Shown here piece after piece: positions 12,521-25,255 of a stretch of 64,000 bases of DNA. The stretch is from positions 82,648,001-82,712,000 of the forward strand of contig OZ076409.1 of NCBI GenBank assembly GCA_964187785.1, written 5' to 3'. Positions within the stretch are counted from its first letter, which is position 1, and every line of letters begins with the position of its first letter. Below the pieces are notes generated by a model, which saw only the letters and a program-made list of their open reading frames with translations, was not told where the DNA came from and ran no database searches. Source of the stretch: Amphiscolops sp. MND2022 (lineage: Eukaryota). The position numbers were made by a program, and so were the translations under genes.

Positions 12521-13779
12521 ACTGTAGACAACTACTCGAGAACACGTGCCAGGATCATGACACAATTTAAATGCAAGCACTTGCTAGGGAAGCCTACAAA
12601 ACCTTCTTCTCAAGAAAAGAACCGCATTTATCGGTGAAACGTCCACTGGAAAATTTCCTTCTTGTCCATTTCGTATCTCTTCATGAATATCTCTTTGCAG
12701 TTTTTGAAACTCTTTAAGACTGAGTGTTTTGAGTAGGTTCTTTTAAGAAGCGGCTGGTTTCGATAGCGATGAGAAGTTTGATAAACTTATTTTCGAGAGG
12801 AAAACCTCTCAAACATTTTTCGGTAGTTTTTCTGGGGTTTTAGTCTTCCCTTTAGGAAATCCTTGAACAACACCGCCATCAAGTCTTTAATAATAAGCCG
12901 ACGCTTCTTTGTTGACACTCGATAATTCTCTCTCCTTCAGAGCGGCAAGTAGCCATCAAGGACATCACTGAGTGTTTATTAACACTCATAAACCACTTGA
13001 AGATGTTAAGTGGATGAAGATATGACCGAAGGCCACGCTGTCTCTCACTGCATCGTAGTCAACCAATAGGGTCGCAGTAAATCCCTTTCTTTCCCAAATG
13101 GGCAATCTAAGATTTTAAATCGATATGAAGAATAAAAGAGAACGAAATGACTGAAAAAAAAGAATAAAATAAAGAGAAATAGTAAAAATATCAGTATCAG
13201 TCCTACGTAACACCTATGTAAGTATTAATCTTCAGTTGTATTTTTTCTCATTAGTATTTATTCCATAGTTAGTCTTTGAGTAGTATTTGTTCGTATTTTT
13301 ATTTATATCATCTCTTCGGTACTCGTTGTCCAGCCATCATGATTTCATGGACACTCATGGACTTCCTTAGATTGTCGACACCCAGTACCAGCGATTCATC
13401 TTGCCTTGTGTCAATTATCTTCCCCTAGTTGTACGTGCTCTCAGCCTAGCAGCTTTGCAACTCCTAAGCTGCTTCGTGATTAGCTTGGTCATTATCCGGA
13501 ACTGAATCTTCTTTCGGTGAGTGATTTCCCAATTTCATGTGAACAAAATAGGCTTGATTGGGTCTCACTTTCTGTTCATGTACTTTCTGTACCCGTAACC
13601 ATATATTTCACGTGTATCGATTCAAGATTTTTTTCATTTCCAGAAGTTTTAATAGCGGCACGTGGGTTCTCAAAAGTAGGAAGTTCGTCCGCTAAACCTC
13701 TTCTTCCCGCAGGATTTTAGGAATTTCATCTGAAGAGCACCCTATTGAGAATCCGCAACCGATGCATAAACTTCTTGGA

Positions 13780-16700
13780 ACTCTCCAAAATGACCCAATT
13801 GAGCCTAGAGAAGAGAGCACAGTCCTTCGTCCTGTGTCCAACCTGTTCTCTAGCAGTGGACGTACCGAGGAGAGTCTCTCTGCTTATGCAGACCAAACTT
13901 TGCGTTTCCTGGCGGCCTTAGACCCTAGCTTGGACATCATTTTCCTGCCCGCGCCCGATCAAGTTTCTCAACAAGACACGACCTAACCTGGCCCTGACAA
14001 AGTATCAGTACCGGAAAATCTTTAATTAAGGCAAACTGGAATTCTACAAGTCGCTTCTGAGTGACAGGGAACCTTTAGTCATTTTGATTTGGTTCTGTTG
14101 ATTGGACACTATAACAAGAGAAGAAATACTTTGACACTTACGCGAGTGAGGTGGAAGACCTGTATTGCAGCACCGGTGCTGATGGCTTGCCAGACAGGCC
14201 AACTTCCAGCATAATGAATTTGGACGTCTTCTCAACCCCAAAAGATAGACGTGAGGCCGAAAAACAAGGGGTTAAGCTTTTCCATGACATTCCCCAGCCA
14301 AAGACCCGAAACTTCTAGATCAACTCTCTGCTATTGCCCGAATAGTTCACCGAAAACATTTTTCCAAACCTACCCCAATCGTGCTTTCCAGGGGACATTC
14401 CACGATTGCCTTCAGCAAACCACAGATTCACGCTGACCTCAAAACCATTTCAGACGAAACTGTCGCTTGTCCTTCAGGCAGTGTATGGTGGGAGAGGCCA
14501 AACAAGCGGCCAATTTAGAAAGGCTTTCATAAGAGGAGAAAGTCCGGCCAGAAACGTCTCTGCAAACTCAGGAGGAGAAACTGAAAGTGAAGGATACACC
14601 TGACGTGTACACCAGCGGAGCAGTAGCGTCCGATGAAGATATTCGGGCACCTTTTTTTAGCCAAGGTGCTGGATTTGAAACCAATGCCCCTTCCACAGAA
14701 GTAGATCCCGAAGAAAGGGAAAGTAGAGCTGGACCAAGTTGTAGTCATACCATCGCTCCCAGTCCAGTAAAGTGAGAATGACTATGAGCCTTTGTGTACC
14801 ATTCGGCCTCATTTCAAACATCAACAAGCAATCCCTAGCCACCACGGAAAAAGCAAAAAATGATGAGTCGGCCAGGCAAAGTCATGAAGCCTGTTTTTTC
14901 AAGGGAATACAATGGACCAGGGAGTTTGTTACCGGCCCTCTAGATCATGTCCACAACGAACATAAATTCTACTGCCAGATATGCAAAACGAACGTTTCTA
15001 TATATTCCAAGGGGGCTCACAAGATCGTTCGCCATTATCAATCAGAGGCTCATCTGAGAAAAAACCATCGATCACGCTATGAACATTTGGGCAAGTTCGA
15101 CAAGATTACTGGAATTACCGTCCACGCAGTCAGAGGGAAAGATGGGAAGTTCTCTCCGCAATCGAATTGGAAAACGAGAAGCCTCTTTTTGAATTAGCTC
15201 CACTGGCTTTCACTTCTACGAGGAGTACATGACGAGTGCGGGTGGACTGACTAACTATGAGGATGTCCGAGTAGGTACCCAAATTTCTCTCATTTGTCGA
15301 TTTGTCCCTTACTTTGGCATCCTCCGCACCTTGTAAGGACTTTGGGCAGAGGTGGGCAACTTCACCAACCACGATGATATGTTCAGAGATCCTGACTGGG
15401 GGTCTACTACGATCACGGTACGTATGTTGTCTCACGTTGTCTTTCTCGTTCCTTTGAGAAGGCCTACTTACGATAGATTGAAGTTGGTACTTAGCTGTCG
15501 TGTCGACTTTTGCATGGTTTCAAGTGATCTATACTGTTTCAGACTGTCTTCCATCATGTCTTCTTGCGTGGTATTGGAAGACGTAGCCCAATCATTGCAC
15601 GAGACGGGGTTGTATTCCTTTGAATTTGAGCCACAAGAGAGCCAGGGCATCCCATCTCTGCGGTACTGGAATTCGGACCATCTTGTCAAGATCCAACTTT
15701 GTCGGTACAGCTTGGCCTTAAGTCCTGTCCAAAGCCAACCGCTTGTGATAGACCGATTCCTGCCCTTCCTCTCTACAGCACCGCAGATCGTCTGTATGTC
15801 ATGGTGCACTTCCGAAATTCTCCAGGTGGTTGAGCAGTCTTCCTTGTTGAAGAAAGTAATCGAAAATCAATTCCGCTATAAATTCTTGTCGCTACATATG
15901 CTGATGCACAAACGTGAGGAAAGCGTGTTTTGGCGGATAGACTTCTAAACCCAAGTCAAGTACCTAGTGGCCTATCTAGTCAAAAGTCTTGATGAGCCTT
16001 GGATCGTCACTTCCTCTGAACTAGCCAAGGTTAGTATTATTGTCAATGGTTAGAATTTAGTTGTGTGTTATATATCAACTCCACGACATTGTTCCTTCCA
16101 GGCCTTATCCAGTTGTGATTTGCGGATTCGAGCCATACCCACCATCTAATCCAAGATAATTACAAACGGCAGCCCTTCTTGGACCACATTACCAGGATTG
16201 CACCTGGATACGAAATGCAAGGGGTTAAAAACAAGCTTATTGAAAGTTTCATTGGCCAGTATTGTTTTCCAGATGATTCATTGTAGACCCAAGACCTGAA
16301 AACTATTATTAACAAATCTTGTTGCGTTTTAGCCCCAGAGATTGGAGCGGCAAATCATCAGTGATGGCTTCTTCCCAATCAAATTGGAACTCTTTAGAAG
16401 TATCGTGTACGATTTTAAGTGTTTCTCTCGTCAATTCCCTTGATTGAGGAAGGTTCTCTAAGGTGTTCCATTTTATCAAAGAGGCCAGAGGTTCATTCCC
16501 CTAATAGTTAATTTTCCCTTGTTCAGACAACGTTTGTTTTGGTAGGACATCGGGACTCAGGATTCGTCACCTTTGGCCAGTTGAACAGTTTCGTCCGGAA
16601 ACTCTGCTACCGATCTCCTTTTGCCAAAAACCTGCTCAAGAAGACGGATTGGTCACAATTACAAGTACTACGCACTGCCAATTATCTTCAAGTAATTTCC

Positions 16701-17400
16701 TCACTAGGTTGCGGTTGGAATTGGACCTTGATGAAGCAGCCACAGCCAAAGTCAAGAGAGACAACAGTGACTGGAAGGCCCAATTCCCAATTTGTCAGAA
16801 TTGATGAGGACAAAAAAGAAGCGTGCGTTGCTCTGTCGTATTTTTGCTTGAGAACTTCCTCGGTCACATTAGATTAAATGCCGACATCGTCAGGAAGTTG
16901 GTCTGTTCCGATCCCCACTTACTCTTGAACCTCCCTTTGGAACAGGCCACATTTTGATTCGCGGCATTATACCAGAGTTTCAGCCTCCGTGGTTGGTTGG
17001 AGAGATCTTCTGAGGACTACTGCCGGGAGGAGTATCTGGAATTCGTGGATCATTTTTGCAAGATGTACGCTTCCTTAAAGAACTCGCCAGGTGGATTTAC
17101 CGTTATGGTGGATCTATTATCTGCAATGCCTGAACTCAGAAAGCGTCTCCGTCACTATCGGCTCTTCCGACTAAGCTGCATTAGCCTCACCGAAGATACC
17201 CCTTTGCTTCCACCCATACGATTCACATAGTCTGAAGTGTAGACTGGGAAATGTTTTATTACCAGCACAGTCCTATTTGGTTCGAGTTCCATACTTTATC
17301 CCCGTTTGTACTATCGAGAATCCATTGACTAAATTCCGTGAGCTAGAAGCACAATTCAATTCTGGTAATGTGGCTAATTTTTATACAACCCTTTACATGA
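13780..17400 (+). pseudogene. Decayed antisense multi-exon zinc-finger / hAT-like accessory gene of giant gypsy copy C
   Basis: FYCQICKTNVSIYSKGAHKIVRHYQSEAHL, DWGSTTIT|intron 15418-15542, HRDSGFVTFGQL and EEYLEFVD...LFRLSCISL each match segments of the gene at 58581-62820; opposite strand to the adjacent gag-pol. Confidence 0.75.
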
Positions 17401-17674
17401 GGTCCATGACCCTAGTCCATGACGCAGAAGCCTAAAACAGCATCCTCTAGTCGTTCCGCTTCAAGTTCAAGTTCGCATTCTTTTTAGTCGGCGCTTTTCT
17501 TAAGAAAAGAGCCCGACTATTACAGTCACTCGTTTTTTTATTCTTTTTTTTATTTAAGACAGACTCGAAGCGACGAACGTTAAAATTAACGTTCAACTAC
17601 TAAATACAGTACTAAACTCGTGGACCGGTAAAGGCAAACGGGGAGCGCATTTTTTTACTTTTTAAACGTTACCT

Positions 17675-18032
17675 ACAAGCCCGGACGGGACTAAAGGGTC
17701 CCCCCTTTCGATTTTTTTTGGCACTGTGAGACTTTTTTTCGAAATTTTTTTATTGTCCCGAAGGGTCCCCCCTTTGAGTTTTTTGTTATTTTGCTACAGA
17801 ATGTGTGTTTATAAATCAAAAAGGGTCCCCCTTTTACATTTTTCGGCACTGTGCGACATTTTCCGAAAGAATTTTTTTCAAGTTATTCGAAAATTACATT
17901 TTTCGGCACTGTGCGACATTTTCCGAAAGAATTTTTTTCAAGTTTTCCGAAAATTTCAAGTTTTTTCCAAAAAAATGTTTTGCGCTTTTTGAGCCTTAGA
18001 TATAGCGCCGATTTGAGACGTTCCCGTCTTGT
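17675..18032. mobile_element. Short non-autonomous (MITE-like) repeat with an internal 60-bp tandem duplication
   Basis: Imperfect inverted termini ACAAGCCCGGAC / GTTCCCGTCTTGT, AAGGGTCCCCC x3, 60-bp unit x2 at ~17834-17953; related copy at 48760-49515. Confidence 0.65.
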
Positions 18033-18299
18033 TATTTTTTGTCGTTTGTCTGGCGACTATTATAGAATTTGCCATTGTGTCCTTTGTTGTTGTATATCTT
18101 TTATATATAATTATTCAGAAAAGTCCAATGAAGAAAAATGCAACAGTCGTTCAAAAATACTAATGGGACCACAATTTATTGGCTAGTATCTGTTTTCATC
18201 AGTTTATTTGGGGGTAGGGTTAGGTCGAAGACTGTGTTTCCCTCCTCTAGAGCTCGCATTTCCCTCAGAATGTTCATTTTCGATTATTGCAGACACGGT

Positions 18300-21200
18300 A
18301 ATATCTGCGCCTCCTTTTGAAACAATTTCCTCATCATTTTAATCATCGGTGACGTCAATTTCATTTTGAGCCAAAGTAGGCGGTTCATTCAAAGGAGACG
18401 TCAGGTCTCGGGTGCTGGCCGGTCTCCGCCTTATCTCTTTTTCAGTGACTCACTTTCATTCCTCTCGCTGCTGCGTTTACTTTTGCGTGCGCTGCTGCGT
18501 TCATCTTTGGTGACGTACTCGTCTACTTCGCCGGTCGCGGAGTCGTTCGGTAGGCTTGTGACAGTTTCTGGTCAATTATCTTTTCTCGTTTCAAACAGCT
18601 CGTAATCAAAATCCTCTGCCCATGAGATAGTATACAAGTCGTCTTGAGGTATTAATCTTCATCGTGAGGCTGTAACTTTCCACCGGAACAATTGTCCTGT
18701 AAGGGCGTGTTAGGCACAAATTTTTTTGTCTAATTCTGTGTAATATTTGGATTTTAATGCTATTTACCAGACGCACAATATGATTGTCGTTTGACAAGAC
18801 TTTCTGAATGACAAATTAGCCGATCCACTTGTAGTCTCTAAAAAGGGTCTGGATGCTTGACTGTCAGCTTTATGTTGCAGGATAAAACAAAAATCTTTTT
18901 CTTTAGGCGGAGCTGCTCTGGCGTTCCGGTCATAATAGTTCTTGTACTTTAGGTACAACTGCATGTTTTGCTTTGTTTCATCATTGAGGATTTGCGTCCT
19001 CTGCTGTACTTCTTCCGCAAATTGAGTTGTTGACAGGAAGTTTTTATCAAGGTTATTCCCTAATTTATGGCCAGGACGTTGTGGGGAATGCCTCCATGAA
19101 TTATCTTGCTCGGTTCACATCCAATAATAGAGTGATATGTAATACTATAATTGAGCACAGCTAATGGCAGGTATTTATGCCATTGGCGTCAATTTTCCCT
19201 TGAGGCCATGTTCAAATTTGTTTAGAGAGAAGCATGTGTTCTTTCTAATTTGCCAATTGTTTGCGGGTGTTTGGTAGTAGCGCATTTAACTGTAATGCCC
19301 AAATTTTGAGTAATTTCCGCTACAATCGATGAAGTAAATTAGGACCCTTCGTCTGTGATGAACGTTGTTGGCATGAATGTTTAGTCATGATATCAATTGA
19401 CACTTTGGCTACATTTGCGGCTGTTGCTTCAATTAGCGGGTAGGCAAACAAGGATCTCGAAAAAACATCAATTGCCGTCATCACTGTTTGGTATCAACCA
19501 CTGGTAGGTACTTTTGGTAGTGAATCAATTTGCAAGGCATCTTCTGGACCAAGGTCCCGTTCATTCAAATTGAGGAGTTCAGGCGTTATAGCGTTGTTTG
19601 GGACACGTTTGTCGCTGGCACAAATTTTGCATCCTCCTTCTAAAGATTTGCTATCCCTGCGTAGTACTATTTTTTGCGAATTTCCTGTAACATTTTAGAT
19701 AAGCCAGGGTGTTTGTGTGCCTTGCCATGTAGGGCGTGTAACAATTCGTCTGGCAAATGTTTAGGCAGTAGTATTTGATGATAATTGATTCGACCAGGGT
19801 AATCGTGATATTGTCGTGTTGTTACTTTGACTTTGAGGATTATGCGGTCCAGATTCTTTAAATAGTGTTTGCACCGAAAGTCCTATTGGAGAATTTCCTC
19901 GGGATGCTCTTCTTTCTGGATTTTTGCTTTAAGTTGGAGCAAAATTGGATATCTGGCTTGCTCCAGCAGTATCTAATTAGTTCGTCGCAGTTTCTGGGTT
20001 GAATTAGTGATTTCATCTTGTTTCAGATTTTGCATCAATTTGTATGTCGGTCTCATCAACTTTATGTCCCTTTTTGGACATTTTTTGTGTCCCAAGTCTG
20101 TTTTTCTGTCTCGTCTTCTTCTTCAGTGAAGAATACTTGAGCCTCCTCTGACACGTTGGCCGATTGGACATTTACCTCAATGCTTCTAGTTTCAACATCT
20201 TCGCGTATTTTAGGATCAGTTTTTTGTTGGGATCCAATTCCACACGGGACAGGTAGTCCGCCGCTGTGTTATTCTTTCCTGAAATGTGAGCTATGGTATA
20301 ACTGAATTGTATCATGTAATAGAAGGCATTCCAGAGTGGCTGCGGTATTATTGTTGTCTGGAAGAACCTCGTGACCGATTTATTGTCTCTAAGGATATTT
20401 ATTGGTTTTGGTGTTCCCCAGAAAAGATATCCAAACTCCTTGAAGGCGTAAAATATAGCCAAGAATTCCTTTGCCTATTTCGCCATATACAAAGGTCACT
20501 AGGTTGAAATGTTCCTGTGACCGCGTTCTCTGCATAGATCTGAGACTGTATTGTAATGACTGTGTGGTCATTCGGCCGAGTCGTCACGTGCTAAGGCCTA
20601 AGTATGAATTCCATGACATTCGAGTACTTGTGGTCAGCCGTTTTCAGTTGCATAGAGAAATAGGGAAAATTGAGAACACTTTGCGCAGTTCACGGACTGT
20701 TTGGTTTCTTTGAAGGAGCACTAGTCCATTATGGGGCTGGACAATTTCTCCATGACTTTGAAAAGTTCGTGGAACTCAAAGTCTTCCACTTCGAACTTTA
20801 ATTCGACGGTGCTCTATGGAGTATCTAAAACTTCATTTGCAACCATTATTTGAAATGAAGGGGCAGATCCCTCTTTGATTGAGGTGCTAGTATGCGTATT
20901 TTCCTGAGGTCTGCTGCGGGTATTGCACTGGAGTGGGCCCCAGTGTCTATCAGGCCGTCTAATGTTAGTTTTCCAAAATCCATTGGGAACAATAGCAGTC
21001 GCCGTTTAACTTTAGGGCGCACTTTTGTTTAGAGGGGAATATATGCTGGTTTTCACTCCTTGGAGACTAGAAAATGCAAGAAAGCTTTTTCGTCTAAGAG
21101 GCTGCTTGTAGTCTGGTGGACTTCTTGCCTTCGATATTCTTCTATTTCTTCGGGTTGAGTTGCTTTTGAATTCGGTTGCCACAAATCTATGACGGCCCTG

Positions 21201-23200
21201 GACAATTTGTTGTTTTCGATCTCAGGGTCCTCCTCGTCGTCTGTTGGGGGATAGTCGTCTTGTCTAAATTGTAAATTTTCCTTGTCATATAATTCGTCAT
21301 CCCAATACTGATCGTTTCCGTACTCGGGATCGATGTGATGAGAGTTATAATCTTCGATCAATTGTAAACGGCGAAATTGAGTGTCAATGTCTTTAGTATA
21401 TTCCATATCATAGAATCTGTCTGGCCGATCATGATGTACTTTTTTGTAAATCTTGATGTAGGCTTTTTCCATCTGTTGCTGCCAGACAATGGACGGGGTG
21501 CCATTGGTATCTTTGATAAAGTGGCTGACTTTAATTATGGGAGGACCTGATATAACATATTGTCGAACCGACATAGGGTCATGTATTTGGAATCGAGGCA
21601 AAATGAGTTTTTTCAGTCAAGTTTCTTTGAGTTTGATTAGCCTAAGGTGGTTGTTTCGGCATTATTTGCTTCTTTGGATATTCCTTCGTCCCCTGAGGCA
21701 TCGCTGGCTTTATCATCGCTTCGGGTCCTTTTAGTACCTAGATGAGCACCTGCGCCTTGCAATCATTTTTCTGTTGGGTGATTCTTTTTCCCACATGTCT
21801 CAAATGGTGGGTAAGTTCGACGCTTTGTGCCATTTTAATCCTCTATTTATTTCTTTTTCTTCAATTTCGGAATGTTTTTTTTGAAGTTGCCAGTTGCTTT
21901 ACAGTAAGAGCATTGAGCATCCTTATTGGTGTTAATGCCGTTGGACAGCAGGTTGCAGCTACTTTAGGCGCTGAGGCCATTATGGCAATTGGCAGGTCGT
22001 CTGATTCCTCCAATGCATTCAGTTTTAGCTCTCTCTCAAGATGAGCTACAATCTCTTCATTCGTTCCATTCTCCAGACGGTCCATATTGACCTATCGTTT
22101 CAACTTTGGAGGCAGCTTAGCATACAACAAGCTGTCAATCATGCTTTCTGCATTTTCACCAAAGGCTTTCTCGGCACCTTGGTTTAGTTCTTCTAAGAAA
22201 TCAGGCAATTTCATGATAATAGGGTCGAAAGTGAGCCTACGCCACTTATGCTTTGTCGTAGCTTGAGATTCCGGTTTAACGTATTTCCTCCGGAATATGA
22301 ACAGCATGTCCTGCATGGTTTGACATGCTCCATGGTTGAGTTTATGTTCCTGAAAGTCTGCAGTGCTCCTTTCCCCAGCAAAGAGTGGAAATAATTAAAT
22401 TTCATTTATTCAGTCATTGTTGGCTGCATTTTGATCATTGTATGGAACAAGTCCTCGAAGAGGTCAAATTTTTCGCTCTTCCCATCAAATGTTATCGAAT
22501 TAGCTGTGACCGGTCGGATAGTCATTGATTGGGTTTGTTATGCAGATTGACTAGTACGTCAGCCAAACTGTTAATAGGGTCCTGGGGCGTCGCAGGCACC
22601 TCAGGCTCTGGGGCTGGCAGAGTCGTTTCCGGTGAGACGTTGTGTGTTTATTCTTGTCTCTCCAGGTTCGGGTTTGAGTGGATTCATCCTGTCAGGAATT
22701 CAAGAAATTGCCGTTGGGTGTCTGTAGTTACTGTCACCATGGTCCGCGGTGTTTCTCAAATCATACGCGGCGGACCTTGAATCCTTCTTTGTAATTTTCG
22801 TTTCAAATCCAGAAGTGTTCTCTCTACTTTCCTGACTATTTGGAGACGAAGTAGCCTCAGTGTCCCTATTTCCTGACGGAAACATTGAGCTCACAATGTT
22901 TCTTATTCCAGGAGTAACTCTATCAAATATAGCTGAACTTATTGCTCTGTTGATTTGGGAATGCATCATGGCCATCATGGAGTCCATTTCCTGAGATAAC
23001 CTTAGGTAAATTCGTTTTTGAAAGTTTCCATGTACTCTCTGGCTTCATTTTGCCTAAGAGCGTTGTTTTCATAAGTGAAATCTTTGAATTCATTTCTTGA
23101 ATGCATATTGGACTCAGTTTCACCATACACTGATGATCCCTGAATTGCATTAGCTAGTTCCCTTTCCATAGTGTTAGCGTTTTCAATCCGAATCATCACG
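18300..23200 (-). pseudogene. gag-pol: Decayed gag-pol of giant gypsy copy C, with most of RT apparently deleted
   Basis: KFNYFHSLLGKGALQTF, DSLLYAKLPPKLKR, AAAAAAC slippery site 21607-21613, protease LIDTGAH, RNase H AIFYAFKEFG...DNKSVTRFFQ, integrase YKNYYDRNARAAP; all homologous to 51982-58313. Confidence 0.9.
22731..22739 (-). promoter_or_regulatory. PBS TGGTGACAG within gag (copy C)
   Basis: Same 9-mer as the PBS at 52379; Gag-like coding sequence continues upstream to ~23200. Confidence 0.65.
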
Positions 23201-25255
23201 TCTATATATTATCCTAACATCCAGGCAAACCGAAGGGTTTCTAGCTGCAATTGGAAAAAGAAAATAACGTTGGTTTGATTTTATGACTTTATCTGGAAAA
23301 TTCTCAATTACCAGAAGGTTTCGTTTTGATGTTTTCAGTTAGGAAATTTGTTTGTTTTGAGACCTAAACGTTTCAGTTAATTTAGATTTAGTATTTCACC
23401 TTATCGTCATTTGTCCCAATTGAAAAATTCATCTTTTTCGCCCATGAGTCGTGTGTCGACATAAAGTTAAGGCCTTATTTCTCTGAACAAAATAGAACAA
23501 AGCAAATCAATCTGAGACGATTGTTTTGGGTCGGAATTACTCGAAATTGTCAAAGATCTCTCGACCGACTCGCAGTGGTGTTGTTTGAGTAAGCCAATTG
23601 GATACTAATTGAATAAAATGTATGATACAAACAGTCAATATCATCAATAGTCATCCCACGGGTTCTACCGAAGTTGGATACATTACGATACACGTAGCGG
23701 TAAATTGGATTTCAGTCACGCAGCGTAATCTGTGTAATCCGTAAAATGGTCTTTCAGCGTAAGTTAGTCAAGACGGTCTATGCTTCAACGGTGTAGCTGT
23801 GTCAACGCGCGTAATGGAAAAGAGTGTAAACTAGTCAAAGCACGTAGTTAGTGAAAAGTGGAAGTTAGTCCAAAAATACTCTTTTTCGTAATTCAGTCAA
23901 AACTTTGACTAACTTCCACTTTTTGCAAATTGCAGATCGCTATACTTGCAAAAAGTGGAAGTTCGTCAAAGTTTTGACTAACTTACACCATGTTTATATG
24001 CATTCAAAACTCAGTGTTCATTTTAATTCCAATTCATACCACAGCATCGTAAACCAGTCAAAGTAAACAATGATACAATAAATAATTAGTTATCATTACT
24101 AAGCTCTACCGTGCATAGTACGTATGAACTGCATTCAATGCAAGTTGCACACGTGAACACGTGTGTTTCATCCACGCATTTACGTGCAAATAAAATACCT
24201 TATAGCTTCTAATTAGTACAATTATAACAATTGATTGATCTGTCAACGGGTTTCCTATTTTAAGAAAATATACTTCAAAGCAGCCCTCATTAATAGTTGC
24301 CTAACTAATTTTAATTTTGGTCCCTGTCGTGAGCACGGTCACCGGAATGATTGGATAACTTGTTATTTTGGTCAGGGTATTTTGAGCCAGGGTATTGACA
24401 AGGAAATATTTTGATCCCTGTCGTGAGCAACATCAAGAAAAGTTGTAACAAATAGTCTATACGAAGTTGAAACTTTATCAAACCGAAAACAGTAGTTTAT
24501 GGAATACCGATCTTGAATTATTGAACTAAAAATGAAGTTTGGACCATGTGCCTTATCCTCCCTCAGATAAATACTAAATACTGTTTCTTATACAACAACA
24601 CCCCCCCCCCCTCCAAGTCTTCCCAAACAAATGAAAGTAGGTCACTATTCCAATATGAGATCCAAATGTGCCTCACCCCCCTTAGATAAAAACCGTTTTT
24701 TAATTGTTTGTTGTTAATTAATTGCTTAAACTAGTCAATTGGTGTAAACTAGTCAATTACTGTACTATCCAATGGTGTAAACTAGTCAACGTACGAAACT
24801 ATGTCAACTAGTGTAACGTCCTATCAATGCGCGTAATGTGTGACAAGTGTAAATTTTCCAAAAAAAATATTCGCGTTCTTATTGGACAAAAATCGAACTT
24901 GCAGCATCCTGCTAGTTCGTTACCGGGATGTGTATCGTAATGTAGGTTGGGTTCGTTCAAACCTTTAAATTCTACGTACCAAACAAATCTTGACATTAAA
25001 AACTATTTACAACACTTCAATCAGCATTGAGATCAAAGTGACATCTCCATTGTTCAGTTTGATATGATTCGAGAAACAATATTGCAACGAACATCATTGT
25101 CTCTGTTTTGCTGAACACAGATCATGTCATTCATTGCAATTTGAATCAAAAGTGTATGTTGTTTGAATCGAGAAGGTAAATAATGTTTCATTGCAAGTGG
25201 AATTGTTGCTATTTTACTCACTATTTCTGCATCATTTCATTATTCAGTCACTGAC

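Noticed and set aside
12600..13212. Possible 3' LTR start or sense accessory ORF of copy C (TGTTACG on the minus strand at 13212)
   Set aside because: No recognisable PPT and no matching second LTR in the window; cannot be supported
23670..24870. AAACTAGTCAA-rich repeats as a distinct element
   Set aside because: Probably MITE debris, but termini and TSD could not be defined
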